Shown here in pieces: positions 1 through 10,639 of a stretch of DNA of 64,000 nucleotides; positions within the stretch are counted from its first letter, which is position 1, and each line of letters starts with the position of its first letter. Both the position numbers and the translations under genes were made by a program. The stretch is taken from the sequence record MK817115.1; one strand, 5' to 3'. Below the pieces are notes generated by a model. The model was not told the origin of the DNA, made no database searches, and saw only the letters and a list, made by a program, of their open reading frames with translations.

Positions 1-2
1 TT

Positions 3-1145
3 ATGTTACCTTTTGCAAGAATGGTTAAGTACGGGAATATTGCACCTGCACAAATCGGTAGATATAAAATATACAGTTCATCTTCTTCACTATTTTTATT
101 GGATACCCAAAAACACAATTTGTACAGTACATCGAACATTAATTATACTAGTGGTACAGGTAATGTTGAGCCTAAATTTGTGTTAAGTGCAACTAATGTT
201 AAAAGATTATTACTATCTGATAATAGTTGTGCAATGCAAATATATGAAGATATGAATGGGCGTGCAGCGATGTGTGGCACAAGAACTGCATATAGTGGGG
301 TTGCAAATGATAATGTACTGGTATGGACGGATTGCACTACATGGTTCACAAATGTAGGGTTGAATGTATCAGATATTCAGTACATGTCTGGTTTTTATAA
401 TCTGAAACTAAACATAGTTATGAATAATGGTGATTTGTGGTGTAGTGGGAAAAACAACACTACTACTATGTCATCATTTGGTAATAGCACAAATATCGAT
501 TCATTCAATCAGTTTACCAAAATAACAACAATATCAAATGTTATTAAAGCCACCGGGAATATATACTTATGTGCAGATAATACTTTATGGGGATGTGGTT
601 TTAACTCTTACTATCAGTTAGGGACAGGTAATCAAACATCCAGTATTAATTTGATTATGATGGCTTCTAATGTTATCGACTGTAATGTTGGTCTTCAAAA
701 TACTTATTACTTGACTAATAATAAAGAACTTTATGGATGTGGTACACAATTTGGTACAACTTACGGGAATGAATTTGGAACAGGAAGGCAGGGAACATCA
801 ATACAATATAAGACTCCTACTATAATTTTCACAAATGCAGATGGTCTGGCTGTTTGTGTCGGTAATATGTCTACTCATGTTATTCAATATGATAAAGTTT
901 TTAGTTCTGGTAATAATGCCCTTGCACAGTTGGGTGTAGGCAACCGTGACAATGTGTACACATATACACAATCATTTGATAATTTCAAAATGGATTCTTC
1001 TATAGTACGTGCAAACGTTGGAACATTGATAATGACAGCGGACAATAAGTTATATTACAGTGGGAGAAATGATGTTGTTATGGGTGGAACAAGCACACAA
1101 TACACGACGGTTTTCAGTGAAGTTAATATGTCATTTATACAATGA
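3..1145 (+). CDS. RCC1/BLIP-II-like beta-propeller, MLPF array member 1
   Basis: 380 aa, MLPFARMVKYGN start, GxNxxxQLGxG repeats (GFNSYYQLGTGN, GNNALAQLGVGN). Confidence 0.75.
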   Translation: MLPFARMVKYGNIAPAQIGRYKIYSSSSSLFLLDTQKHNLYSTSNINYTSGTGNVEPKFVLSATNVKRLLLSDNSCAMQIYEDMNGRAAMCGTRTAYSGVANDNVLVWTDCTTWFTNVGLNVSDIQYMSGFYNLKLNIVMNNGDLWCSGKNNTTTMSSFGNSTNIDSFNQFTKITTISNVIKATGNIYLCADNTLWGCGFNSYYQLGTGNQTSSINLIMMASNVIDCNVGLQNTYYLTNNKELYGCGTQFGTTYGNEFGTGRQGTSIQYKTPTIIFTNADGLAVCVGNMSTHVIQYDKVFSSGNNALAQLGVGNRDNVYTYTQSFDNFKMDSSIVRANVGTLIMTADNKLYYSGRNDVVMGGTSTQYTTVFSEVNMSFIQ

Positions 1146-1150
1146 ATTAA

Positions 1151-1217
1151 TGCCAGTACTTGATACTGGCTTTTCTTTTTTGTATTAAATATAGTATAAT
1201 GAATAAAGGAGGGAATT
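1151..1217 (+). repeat. Array intergenic module: hairpin terminator, TTTGTATTAAATATAGTATAATGAATAA, GGAGG RBS
   Basis: GCCAGTA-CTTGA-TACTGGC plus T-run, then near-invariant core. Confidence 0.9.
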
Positions 1218-2360
1218 ATGTTACCTTTTGCAAGAATGGTTAAGTACGGAAATGAAGCACCAGAACCAAAACCTCTATTTAAAAATAGATTACAAGCAAA
1301 TTATAATACTCGTTTTTATTTGCATGTTAATGGTGACTTGTACTGGTATGGTTCATCTTCATTTGGACAAGGTGGTAATGGTTCATTACAATCATCCACC
1401 GTATGGACCCGTGTGAATAATAATATTGAACGTTACTGGGGTGGTGTTCTTGGTTCCATTGCCATTAAGAATGATGGAACTATTTGGTTCACAGGTGCTA
1501 GTATAGTAATGCCACAAATCGGAACAAATACAAATGGGGTTTGGATTGATGTAACCCAGTACTTCACTGATTTTGGTGTCAGTGCTGATGATATTGATGG
1601 TATTGCTGTTGGACAGAATTTGCGTGTATTTTTGAAAAATGGAAAATGGTTCTACTGTGGTGCTGGCGAGGGTGGTGTATTTGGTAACGCATCAACAGCT
1701 AATGTCACATCGTTCAGATACAGCACTATAGAAAATGTTAAAAGTTATGGCTGTTCTTTGCTCAGTACTGGGTTAGTTCTTGATGATGGTTCCTATTGGT
1801 ATGCAGGAAATACTGTTGCTCCTGGTAGTACAACAACATCAAATATATTAAGTTTTACAAAAGACAATACGATCACCAATGCTATACAAGCTGTAAATAC
1901 ATACCGTACTTCATATATATTTCTTAATGATGGTTCAGTGAAGGTTGCTTCACCAAATGCATATGGTCAAGCTGGTGTAGGTAGAGTATCAGCAGTACCA
2001 ATGAGTACATTAATTCCCAATTTATCATTCCAAGGTGAAATAGAGTTGGTGGGTGGTTTATCCAACAACGAAGGGAATGGATGTGTTGTTAAAAATAATA
2101 ATAAGTTATATACTTGTGGTCGAAATACCTATGGTGCATGTGGTGTTAATCAAACATCCGAAAATATACTAACTTTCACCGAAATGGTTCTTGATGCATT
2201 AGAAGGAAGACGAATTTCAGGCTTCGTAATTGATAATTTCTATTCAATGATAATTGATGAAAATAACAATTTGTATATGAGTGGTTTGGCTGAACTTGGA
2301 AATGTTCCAGCCGTGAGAGTTCCAACCAGAGTCCCCGATTCCCTTCTACCGTGGAAATAA
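1218..2360 (+). CDS. RCC1-like beta-propeller, array member 2
   Basis: 380 aa, shared N-terminus, GRNTYGACGVN and YGQAGVG repeats, GGAGG RBS. Confidence 0.75.
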   Translation: MLPFARMVKYGNEAPEPKPLFKNRLQANYNTRFYLHVNGDLYWYGSSSFGQGGNGSLQSSTVWTRVNNNIERYWGGVLGSIAIKNDGTIWFTGASIVMPQIGTNTNGVWIDVTQYFTDFGVSADDIDGIAVGQNLRVFLKNGKWFYCGAGEGGVFGNASTANVTSFRYSTIENVKSYGCSLLSTGLVLDDGSYWYAGNTVAPGSTTTSNILSFTKDNTITNAIQAVNTYRTSYIFLNDGSVKVASPNAYGQAGVGRVSAVPMSTLIPNLSFQGEIELVGGLSNNEGNGCVVKNNNKLYTCGRNTYGACGVNQTSENILTFTEMVLDALEGRRISGFVIDNFYSMIIDENNNLYMSGLAELGNVPAVRVPTRVPDSLLPWK

Positions 2361-2367
2361 TGTAATA

Positions 2368-2433
2368 TGCCAGTACTTGATGCTGGCTTTTCTTTTTTGT
2401 ATTAAATATAGTATAATGAATAAGGAGGGATTT
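2368..2433 (+). repeat. Array intergenic module
   Basis: Same hairpin, core and RBS. Confidence 0.9.
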
Positions 2434-3543
2434 ATGTTACCTTTTGGAAGAATGGTTAAGTACGGAAATATTGTACCTGGTCCTAAAAATATAATTAAAG
2501 TTGGTGCTTCTACACAAGGTCAATTCTTATTGACTGATTCACATGATTTATATTACATAGGTAGAAATCAAGGTGGTGAATCTGGAAATGGTAATACCAA
2601 CACGGTATCTTCATGGATATTAGTAAGTGCAGATGTTTCTAATTTTTTCGTGGGTGATCGTACACTTGTTATTATTAAAAATGATAATACTATATGGACA
2701 TCAGGTCAAACGTACTGGTTCTCATCTTCTACGACTACTTCTTACAGTACTGTATTAGTTGAAAGGACTAATTGGTTTACTAATGCTATACCAGTCAGTG
2801 AAATTGCTAATATTGTATGTACAAATGGTTTAATATTTGTACTTAGCACTAATTCAGTACTCTATGGTGCAGGAGATAATGGATATCGTGGTTCTTTGGG
2901 TATTGGTTCATCATCAATTTATACATTAACTCAATGTGCTACGAACGTTCGTAAAGTAATGACCAATGCGAATGATAGTATGTATCTTACATTAGATAAT
3001 AAGCTATATAGTTCTGGATGGAATAGTAGTGGGCAGCATGGTACGGGGAACCAAACACAAATTAACACTTGGGGATTGCGTAGTTCTGGTGTAATCGATG
3101 CAGCCATTGGTGGTAATGCATTAAATTACTATAATGGTACATCATATTTCGTATGTGGTCAAACTCCAAACTTTCTTAGTTCAGGTACGACTACATTCCG
3201 TGCAGTTCCTGTAAGTACTTTGCCTAATAGTTCTCCGTTGTTTATGACGAATTCACCTGCATTAAATACTGCTACACAAATGGTAATTACTAGTACATAT
3301 CAAAAGGGTGTTGGGGCGAACCGTGGTTTGGGATTAAACAATTCTCAAACTGGTGCTATATATAGTGCTACCAATTTACAATTACCCGTTGAAGTTAGTG
3401 AGATTAGGGATGTTCTTTTTAGTGATGGTTTGACATCGATATTAACCAAAAATGGAGATGTGTATAGTACTGGATCGTATTACGCCATTCCAGGTGCAAT
3501 CGAGGATGTTGCAGTCTTTACTAAAATTGATTTACCAAAATAA
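2434..3543 (+). CDS. RCC1-like beta-propeller, array member 3
   Basis: Start reassigned to MLPFGRMVKYGN after AAGGAGG; 369 aa; GWNSSGQHGTGN. Confidence 0.75.
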   Translation: MLPFGRMVKYGNIVPGPKNIIKVGASTQGQFLLTDSHDLYYIGRNQGGESGNGNTNTVSSWILVSADVSNFFVGDRTLVIIKNDNTIWTSGQTYWFSSSTTTSYSTVLVERTNWFTNAIPVSEIANIVCTNGLIFVLSTNSVLYGAGDNGYRGSLGIGSSSIYTLTQCATNVRKVMTNANDSMYLTLDNKLYSSGWNSSGQHGTGNQTQINTWGLRSSGVIDAAIGGNALNYYNGTSYFVCGQTPNFLSSGTTTFRAVPVSTLPNSSPLFMTNSPALNTATQMVITSTYQKGVGANRGLGLNNSQTGAIYSATNLQLPVEVSEIRDVLFSDGLTSILTKNGDVYSTGSYYAIPGAIEDVAVFTKIDLPK

Positions 3544-3548
3544 CATAA

Positions 3549-3613
3549 TGCCAGTGCTTGATACTAGCATTCTTATTTGTATTAAATATAGTATAATGAA
3601 TAAGGAGGGAAAT
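3549..3613 (+). repeat. Array intergenic module
   Basis: Same core; hairpin variant GCCAGTGCTTGATACTAGC. Confidence 0.88.
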
Positions 3614-4810
3614 ATGTTACCTTTTGGAAGAATGATTAAGTACGGGAATATTGCACCAGGGCCAAGTCCAGTGGCTTTCTCTGACGTTCTACAACAACAT
3701 TACACAAACTGTATGTATCTACATACACCAACTAATACTTTATATGGTTATGGTAATAATAATTTATGTCAATTAGGTGTTGGGAATCAATCTATAGTTT
3801 CGACATTTACAGTACTTGCAAGGGGTTGTGCAGCCTTTTGGCTCGGTGTTCATGGTTCATTGATGATTGATTTGGATAATAGAATATACTACACTGGTTC
3901 TGGTGCTGCCTTTCCTGATTATGGAGATGCAACACTTGTGAATGGTTTTATGACACAATGGACGGATGTTACTGTTGCATTTAATAAAATTGGTGTTATT
4001 GCTAATATGATCAAGAGTGTACATATAGGTGAGAGTACTAGAATATTATTAACCGATGGTAGAGTAATTGCGTGTGGAAAAAACACTTATGGTGAATGTG
4101 GTTCTGGGAACACAAATGCTATCCCTACACTAACAGTTATGACTGACATGGGTGAAGTTTCTCAACTCGCGTGTTCATTACAGGGTACACACTATCTCAA
4201 AACAAATAAAGACGCATGGTTTTGTGGTAAGGATAATGTTGGTGCAAGTGGTTGTGGTGCTGCTGGTGTTGTACATCTTAATAAACTCGTAACAAGTAAT
4301 GTCGAATATATTAGTGCTACATATGATATAACTTGGTGGTTTATTAGAGGTGGTTATGTATACTATAGTGGTTCTAACTCGTTTGCACAAGCGGGTAATG
4401 GTACATTTTCATCAACTAATCAGCTTAGGCCCACTAGAAACTTAGATCTTGCTTCAATTGTAGTTGATGATAATTTTGTATGTCCTAGTAATATGGGGAA
4501 TAGTTCAATTGGTACACCTATGGCAAAATATGATCCGAATATTAGAAGTGGTGGTGTTAACACATATGGTCAGGAAGGTACAGGAAATAATAATATAGTG
4601 ACGAAGTGGAATACCTTTAACATTAGTGCAATCACTGGAGGATTTGACAATATTCTTATGGCATCTAAAGACTGGTGTAGGACAATAATTATTACTAAAG
4701 ATTACAAAGTGTATGCGTGTGGAGGATTTAATGGTTCTGGTGGTATCTTACCAGATGGTACTTATGCTATTAAAACATTAACATTAATGCCAACACAACA
4801 ATGGCAATAA
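3614..4810 (+). CDS. RCC1-like beta-propeller, array member 4
   Basis: Start reassigned to MLPFGRMIKYGN; 398 aa; GNNNLCQLGVGN, GKNTYGECGSGN. Confidence 0.75.
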   Translation: MLPFGRMIKYGNIAPGPSPVAFSDVLQQHYTNCMYLHTPTNTLYGYGNNNLCQLGVGNQSIVSTFTVLARGCAAFWLGVHGSLMIDLDNRIYYTGSGAAFPDYGDATLVNGFMTQWTDVTVAFNKIGVIANMIKSVHIGESTRILLTDGRVIACGKNTYGECGSGNTNAIPTLTVMTDMGEVSQLACSLQGTHYLKTNKDAWFCGKDNVGASGCGAAGVVHLNKLVTSNVEYISATYDITWWFIRGGYVYYSGSNSFAQAGNGTFSSTNQLRPTRNLDLASIVVDDNFVCPSNMGNSSIGTPMAKYDPNIRSGGVNTYGQEGTGNNNIVTKWNTFNISAITGGFDNILMASKDWCRTIIITKDYKVYACGGFNGSGGILPDGTYAIKTLTLMPTQQWQ

Positions 4811-4822
4811 TAGGAGAAAATA

Positions 4823-5992
4823 ATGTTACCTTTTGGAAGAATGATTAAGTACGGAAATATTGCACCAACACCACCGAAATTTAAAAAAATACTCGCCAAT
4901 AACTACAACGTTGCAGTTTTAACAAGCAGTGGGGATTTATATGTACGTGGGAATAATCAAAACGGTCAATTGGGTTTAGGTCACAAAGAAACAGTTACTA
5001 CATGGACGATTAGCACTTCTGGTGTTCAAGATTTTTGGTTTGGTAGTTCATCACTAGTGGTTAAGAAAACCGATGATGAAATATGGTACAGTGGGCAGTC
5101 AACTACAATTGGTATGCCAGGGGCATCCGTGTCAGTGTGGACTTCTGCCATGCCGACATTCAATACATTAACATTACCAATATTAGATATGGCAGTTAGT
5201 AATCAGACTACAAGTGTATTACTATCTGACCGAACAATATGGAGTAGTGGGGTAGGAAGCAATGGTCAATTGGGTAATGGAACTGCGACGAACAACATTT
5301 CAGGTAAATTCGTCCAAAGTACTGTTTCAACAGAAGAAGATCAATTACCAGTTAAATTGTTTGCCAGTAATTTAATGCATGGATATGTTACGTCGAACGG
5401 CTGGTTATACTACACTGGGCAACCCAATGCAGTTAGCACTAATGGCAGTGCGATATATAGTGTTTATACTAGTGCTCCTATTAGTCTAAGGAATTCCATT
5501 AATATCAAGTACTATACAAATAATGGAACTTCGATGGCGATGGCTATTGGTACAGATCCAAATGGCAAGACCGTAATTGCTAATGGCGGCCCTAGGATAT
5601 TTGGTGCACAGGCTGATGGAGTAAATGGTCAACTAAGTAATGTTAGGTCATTTGCTGTTCAAACCGAATCACTAATGCCACCAGGTGATGTAGTAAGTAT
5701 TGCTCATAATACTTCATATTATAACCAAGTTATTGCTACAACAGATGGTATATATTGTTGCGGCTACAACCGATCTACACAAGCTGGTATGTTAGGCATT
5801 GGTACATCTACTAACGCATTAGTATATACCAAAGCAATCGTACCTGATGGTTTTGATTATAGTAAATCGCAAATGGTAGGTGGGTATAACCGTACTTATA
5901 TAACTGATGGTAATTTTGTATATAGTGCTGGGACAGATGTCACATATGGTGGCGTTAGTAGCTTAGAATTTGTATTAGATTCACCAGTTTAA
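4823..5992 (+). CDS. RCC1-like beta-propeller, array member 5
   Basis: 389 aa; GNNQNGQLGLGH, GVGSNGQLGNGT; only an AGGAG RBS upstream, no full module. Confidence 0.78.
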   Translation: MLPFGRMIKYGNIAPTPPKFKKILANNYNVAVLTSSGDLYVRGNNQNGQLGLGHKETVTTWTISTSGVQDFWFGSSSLVVKKTDDEIWYSGQSTTIGMPGASVSVWTSAMPTFNTLTLPILDMAVSNQTTSVLLSDRTIWSSGVGSNGQLGNGTATNNISGKFVQSTVSTEEDQLPVKLFASNLMHGYVTSNGWLYYTGQPNAVSTNGSAIYSVYTSAPISLRNSINIKYYTNNGTSMAMAIGTDPNGKTVIANGGPRIFGAQADGVNGQLSNVRSFAVQTESLMPPGDVVSIAHNTSYYNQVIATTDGIYCCGYNRSTQAGMLGIGTSTNALVYTKAIVPDGFDYSKSQMVGGYNRTYITDGNFVYSAGTDVTYGGVSSLEFVLDSPV

Positions 5993-5997
5993 ATATA

Positions 5998-6062
5998 TGC
6001 CAGTACTTGATACTGGCATTCTTATTTGTATTAAATATAGTATAATGAATAAGGAGGGAATT
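5998..6062 (+). repeat. Array intergenic module
   Basis: Same hairpin, core and RBS. Confidence 0.9.
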
Positions 6063-7253
6063 ATGTTACCTTTTGCAAGAATGATGAATTATGGGAATAT
6101 TGTGCCTGTACCACTACAAATTAAGAAAATAATACCAACTGATACTGATGTTGTTGTACTTTATACTGATGGTCAACTATACGCACGAGGCAGTAATAGT
6201 TTTGGGAAGTTTGGTAGAGGAAATAATAATGCAGTAAGGTCGTGGACATTAATTAGAGAAAATGTCAAAGATTGCTGGATGACACAAGGAACTTTGTTAG
6301 TTCAAGATAAGGACTTAAATTATTTTTATTGTGGATATGGTAGTCATATTGGTTTAGAAACTAGTACTACATCATTTTTAAGTTATAACCAATATATTGA
6401 AAATTTGTACACACAAAGTTCAAGTACTTCAATTAAACAGATGTATGCAGGTACTACGTGGTTTACTTTCTTAATGGATAATAATACAATATGGAGTACA
6501 GGGTGGAATAGTGCTAGACAATTCGCAGATGGTACAGGAACTACTTATCAAATATCAGATGGTTCATTTGTTAAAGCGGTAACACCAGATGTAGATATTG
6601 CACAAATACAGTCAACAAATTACTGTGTAATGTTTTTTGATACACAAAATAATTTATATATTGGTGGTAGTACATCTGGCATAAGTACTAGTACCACATG
6701 GACACCATTTAATGAATATACTTTGTATAAGCCAAGTACCACATATACAAAAACATTACAATATACTGGTTGTTCAATTGGTGCTGTCAGTGCTTTAGTA
6801 GAGAATCCAAGTACAGGAGCACGTCAGTTCCTAGTAGGTGGTAACGCTAATAATGGGGCATGGGGTAATAACACTACGAATAGTACAGCACTAGCAGTAT
6901 TAGGGAATAATAGTACTACATTACCATCAGGAACTTATTATTCAATCCATACTGGATATGCAGCACAATCTAGTATACTAGTTACGAGTACAGGTGTATA
7001 TGCAACTGGTTTAAATGCGAGTGGTTATGCTGGTACATTAGGTGTTGGTTCTAATGTTACTATTGGTAGATTTACTATATGTCCAATGCCAGCAGAAATA
7101 TCATATTCTATGTATGATAAAATAAAAATATATCGCGGTTCGTATCGTACTTTTCTAACTGCTGATATGAAAAATATATATTCAACCGGAACGTATGATG
7201 ATGGTGGACCTAGTACAAATAGATATGTTCTGGATACACCTAGACAATTGTAA
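6063..7253 (+). CDS. RCC1-like beta-propeller, array member 6
   Basis: Start reassigned to MLPFARMMNYGN; 396 aa; GSNSFGKFGRGN. Confidence 0.75.
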   Translation: MLPFARMMNYGNIVPVPLQIKKIIPTDTDVVVLYTDGQLYARGSNSFGKFGRGNNNAVRSWTLIRENVKDCWMTQGTLLVQDKDLNYFYCGYGSHIGLETSTTSFLSYNQYIENLYTQSSSTSIKQMYAGTTWFTFLMDNNTIWSTGWNSARQFADGTGTTYQISDGSFVKAVTPDVDIAQIQSTNYCVMFFDTQNNLYIGGSTSGISTSTTWTPFNEYTLYKPSTTYTKTLQYTGCSIGAVSALVENPSTGARQFLVGGNANNGAWGNNTTNSTALAVLGNNSTTLPSGTYYSIHTGYAAQSSILVTSTGVYATGLNASGYAGTLGVGSNVTIGRFTICPMPAEISYSMYDKIKIYRGSYRTFLTADMKNIYSTGTYDDGGPSTNRYVLDTPRQL

Positions 7254-7260
7254 TAATTTC

Positions 7261-7324
7261 GCCAGTACAAAGTACTGGCTTTCTTATTTGTATTAAATAT
7301 AGTATAATGAATAAAGGAGGAAGT
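7261..7324 (+). repeat. Array intergenic module
   Basis: GCCAGTAC-AAA-GTACTGGC plus core. Confidence 0.9.
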
Positions 7325-8059
7325 ATGTTACCTTTTGGAAGAATGGTAAAGTACGGGAATAAAATTGAATATAAGCCAGATGGTGAACAATTAATCACGA
7401 CAATAGGAACAACACAATTTACAGTTCCTGCTGGCGTTACCGAAATATCAGTATGTGTTATTTCGCCGGGTGGTCAACGTGGTGCTGGTGGCGGCTTATC
7501 GTGGCGTAATAATATTCCGGTTACTAGTGGTGAGTACTTAAGTGTTTCTCTTACACATCCCAACACTACTACAGCAGTTGAAAACGGTTTATATCGTGGA
7601 ACTGAAAAACTATGTGTTAGCTTCACTGGTGAATATAGGGTTGGTGGACTAGGTGGGAAAGCTGCTAACGCTATTAATGATGGTGGTGGTAATGGGGGCA
7701 ACGCTGGTGTAAGTGGTGGTGCAGTCATTGGTGGTGGTGCTGGTGGCTACACTGGTAAAGGTGGTAACGGAGATGCAATCACTGGTGAAAATGGTGCTGG
7801 CGGCGGCGGTGGTGGTGCATTCTATAATACCTCGTTCATTGGTACGGGTGGTGGTACTGGTATCATTGTTCAAGGTGCTAATGGTATTGGCGGTAGATAC
7901 GATGGTTCATATAATGGTGGTGCTGGTAGTGGTGGTGCTGGTAAGATGTATGGTGGTGGTGGTAGTATATGGGATAATTTTTCTTATACGGCTGCTGGTG
8001 GTGGTGCTGTGCGAATAATATGGGGACGTGGGAGATATTATCCTAACAATTCAGTCTAA
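7325..8059 (+). CDS. Glycine-rich protein carrying the MLPF N-terminal tag (array member 7), resembling tail-fibre-associated Gly-rich domains
   Basis: MLPFGRMVKYGN then FTVPAGVTEISV..GG..GAGGG and many GGxG motifs; no RCC1 repeats; 244 aa. Confidence 0.65.
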   Translation: MLPFGRMVKYGNKIEYKPDGEQLITTIGTTQFTVPAGVTEISVCVISPGGQRGAGGGLSWRNNIPVTSGEYLSVSLTHPNTTTAVENGLYRGTEKLCVSFTGEYRVGGLGGKAANAINDGGGNGGNAGVSGGAVIGGGAGGYTGKGGNGDAITGENGAGGGGGGAFYNTSFIGTGGGTGIIVQGANGIGGRYDGSYNGGAGSGGAGKMYGGGGSIWDNFSYTAAGGGAVRIIWGRGRYYPNNSV

Positions 8060-8066
8060 AATATAG

Positions 8067-8131
8067 GCCAGTACTTTGTACTGGCTTTCTTATTTGTATT
8101 AAATATAGTATAATGAATAAGGAGGGGAATT
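8067..8131 (+). repeat. Array intergenic module
   Basis: GCCAGTAC-TTT-GTACTGGC plus core. Confidence 0.9.
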
Positions 8132-9283
8132 ATGTTACCTTTTGGAAGAATGGTTAAGTACGGGAATATTGCACCAGTTCCAGTAGTTCCTACAATAAAA
8201 GATTTTAAGATTGGCTTTTCACATGAAGTGTTATTGGACAGTGAAGGTGATGTGTGGGGTATTGGATATAATACCGCTGGTCAGTTGGGATTTCTGGACG
8301 CTAACACAAATTCAATAGGAATGTGGTCTAAGATACATGAGAATGTTAGATTAATTGGCGTTACTACCAATTATACTGTAGTTGTTACAAATGATAATAG
8401 AATACTTTACGCCGGAAATAACTTAATTTCTAGTACTACAACGCTTGGGTGGAACGATATAACGTCTAGTATGGGAGCGGTTGTAGTGGATAGCATCGAT
8501 GCATTATATTGCACAGATGGCATGATGCATATTAAAACTGCTGATGGTTCTTTATACGCATATGGACGTAATATGAACGCAAACGCTGGAGTTACTGGTG
8601 TTTCTGGAGTTATTAGTGTTGCAACTAAAGTTAGTGGTTTACCATCGGCTGTGAAAGATATACGATATACGTTTAGTTATGGTACAGTACTATGTCAATT
8701 AGATACCACCTCGGTATATGGATGGGGAAGAAATGTCAATGGTGAATTAGGTCAGGGGAACGCAGCCGCAGTTCCTACCCCATCCCAAAGGGCGGGTGCT
8801 TCTATTGCTATAGGTACTTCGTATAATGCTACTGCAATTGTTTCCGGTACTGCATCGTTGGTTACATGTGGTGGACAAAATGATGGTCAGTTAGGTAATG
8901 GTATTACTACTGCTGGTAATGTATACACATATGGTGCTAGAGCATACCCAAGCGATCTTAATAATATAAGAAGTCCAGTGGATTGCAGTACAACTTATAC
9001 ATCTGCATTTATGAGTCCAGATGGCATATATTACACGGGTTCGAACCGAAGTGTGTTTGGTGGTCCGAGCGGGGCTGCCACTGTTGCATTATATACCAAA
9101 TGTAGTGATTTACCAATATTATATTCTAATATAACACAGTGGTGTAGTGGTACTATTGGTGGTGCGATATGTAGCAGTACTGAATTATATCAGTGTGGGA
9201 CCGGTAGATACATTGCCGGAGATGGGCAGAACGCAACTAGGTATGGGTTTAGAAAGACACCATTACCTTGGGATGTTTATTGA
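8132..9283 (+). CDS. RCC1-like beta-propeller, array member 8
   Basis: 383 aa; GYNTAGQLG, GRNVNGELGQGN, GQNDGQLGNG. Confidence 0.78.
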   Translation: MLPFGRMVKYGNIAPVPVVPTIKDFKIGFSHEVLLDSEGDVWGIGYNTAGQLGFLDANTNSIGMWSKIHENVRLIGVTTNYTVVVTNDNRILYAGNNLISSTTTLGWNDITSSMGAVVVDSIDALYCTDGMMHIKTADGSLYAYGRNMNANAGVTGVSGVISVATKVSGLPSAVKDIRYTFSYGTVLCQLDTTSVYGWGRNVNGELGQGNAAAVPTPSQRAGASIAIGTSYNATAIVSGTASLVTCGGQNDGQLGNGITTAGNVYTYGARAYPSDLNNIRSPVDCSTTYTSAFMSPDGIYYTGSNRSVFGGPSGAATVALYTKCSDLPILYSNITQWCSGTIGGAICSSTELYQCGTGRYIAGDGQNATRYGFRKTPLPWDVY

Positions 9284-9289
9284 CATAAA

Positions 9290-9355
9290 GCCAGTACTCA
9301 AGTACTGGCATTTCTTTTTGTATTAAATATAGTATAATGAATAAAGGAGGAATTT
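9290..9355 (+). repeat. Array intergenic module
   Basis: GCCAGTACT-CA-AGTACTGGC plus core. Confidence 0.9.
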
Positions 9356-10531
9356 ATGTTACCTTTTGCAAGAATGGTTAAGTACGGGAATGTTAAACCA
9401 GCACCTTCGGGTGTACTGAAGATTGCTACATCTACAACACATGTGGGTATGTTGTTCGATAGTGGCAATTTATATCTACGTGGTAATGGTGCACAATATA
9501 GGCTAGGAAATGATAGTACTGCGTATTTACAAAATGGATGGATACAGTGTCCATATAAAGTTGCTAATGTTTGGTGTTTATCCGCAGGGACCATTATACT
9601 TACGACTGAAGGAGAATTTTACTTAGCAGGACAAATGGGATACCTTGGTGTGGTCAAATCGCCTGTTCCAGGATGGACAAATATTACATCAATATTGTCT
9701 ACAATACCAAGCCTTACTACAGTTCAAGATATAGCTTCTACTGAGACTGTCGCTTCAAATGGTACTTTATTAATTATGTTAAGCAATGGTGATTTATACG
9801 GGATAGGTAGTAATACTGGAGGTGAACTGGGTGTTTCTGGTGCAAAAGCGACACCGATTAAGATTGATACTGGTGTTACTATGATTGCTGGTACACACTT
9901 TGGTGGTGCTTTACATTATGTTAAAAATGGTCAATATTACAGATGTGGTAATAACGCAAGTTATAACCTAGGTACAAGTGCATCTAAACTATCCACATTT
10001 ACAGTAAGTACTGATATATCTGGAACAGTTATTGGTATTTCATGTACTAATTTGACGACTTCAGTACTTACATCGAATAAGGGTAATATTAGAGTATATA
10101 CTGCTGGGATAAACACTGATTATTGTTTAGGAATTGGGTATGGAGACACGAAGGTTACAATGAGTCCATTTAGTGCTACTCCCGAAATTAGTGGTATTAT
10201 ACCAGATGCTGGGTCGATGAACAATCACAGTTTGAATTATTTTATAATGGCAATGACACAGAATGGTAAACTTTATACATGTGGTAGTGGTGTTCCTCTT
10301 GGTTGGCCTGTTACTACTGCATCAGAAAGATCTTATTACCACCAGGTACAATATGAGGATATGGATGTTGCACCAGATGTTAATGCATTTTCAGTACAAG
10401 GTGGTTCTGGTGTGTTATACGCGTTAGTGGGGACTAATGAGGTGTACTGGTGTGGTAACGGGTCTATGTTTCAGGAACAGAGTCCAGGTACACAACAAGT
10501 TACAATGAAGAAATTGGTACTACCTGAATAA
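9356..10531 (+). CDS. RCC1-like beta-propeller, array member 9
   Basis: 391 aa; GSNTGGELGV; closest in sequence to member 12. Confidence 0.75.
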   Translation: MLPFARMVKYGNVKPAPSGVLKIATSTTHVGMLFDSGNLYLRGNGAQYRLGNDSTAYLQNGWIQCPYKVANVWCLSAGTIILTTEGEFYLAGQMGYLGVVKSPVPGWTNITSILSTIPSLTTVQDIASTETVASNGTLLIMLSNGDLYGIGSNTGGELGVSGAKATPIKIDTGVTMIAGTHFGGALHYVKNGQYYRCGNNASYNLGTSASKLSTFTVSTDISGTVIGISCTNLTTSVLTSNKGNIRVYTAGINTDYCLGIGYGDTKVTMSPFSATPEISGIIPDAGSMNNHSLNYFIMAMTQNGKLYTCGSGVPLGWPVTTASERSYYHQVQYEDMDVAPDVNAFSVQGGSGVLYALVGTNEVYWCGNGSMFQEQSPGTQQVTMKKLVLPE

Positions 10532-10573
10532 AGGCACGAAATGTGTTTAGAAAGACACTATTAATTAACATAA

Positions 10574-10639
10574 TGCCAGTACTTGATACTGGCATTTCTT
10601 TTTGTATTAAATATAGTATAATGAATAAAGGAGGGATTT
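10574..10639 (+). repeat. Array intergenic module
   Basis: Same hairpin, core and RBS. Confidence 0.9.

Noticed and set aside
2377-6062. N-terminal extensions of the ORF-track calls at 2377, 3452, 5997 (and 7307)
   Set aside because: They read through the terminator/promoter module; the RBS and paralogues place the starts at MLPF
7474-8018. Overlapping ORFs 7474..7728, 7649..7873 and 7713..8018
   Set aside because: Shadow frames of GGT-rich codons (poly-Pro, poly-Thr, poly-Val) with no RBS
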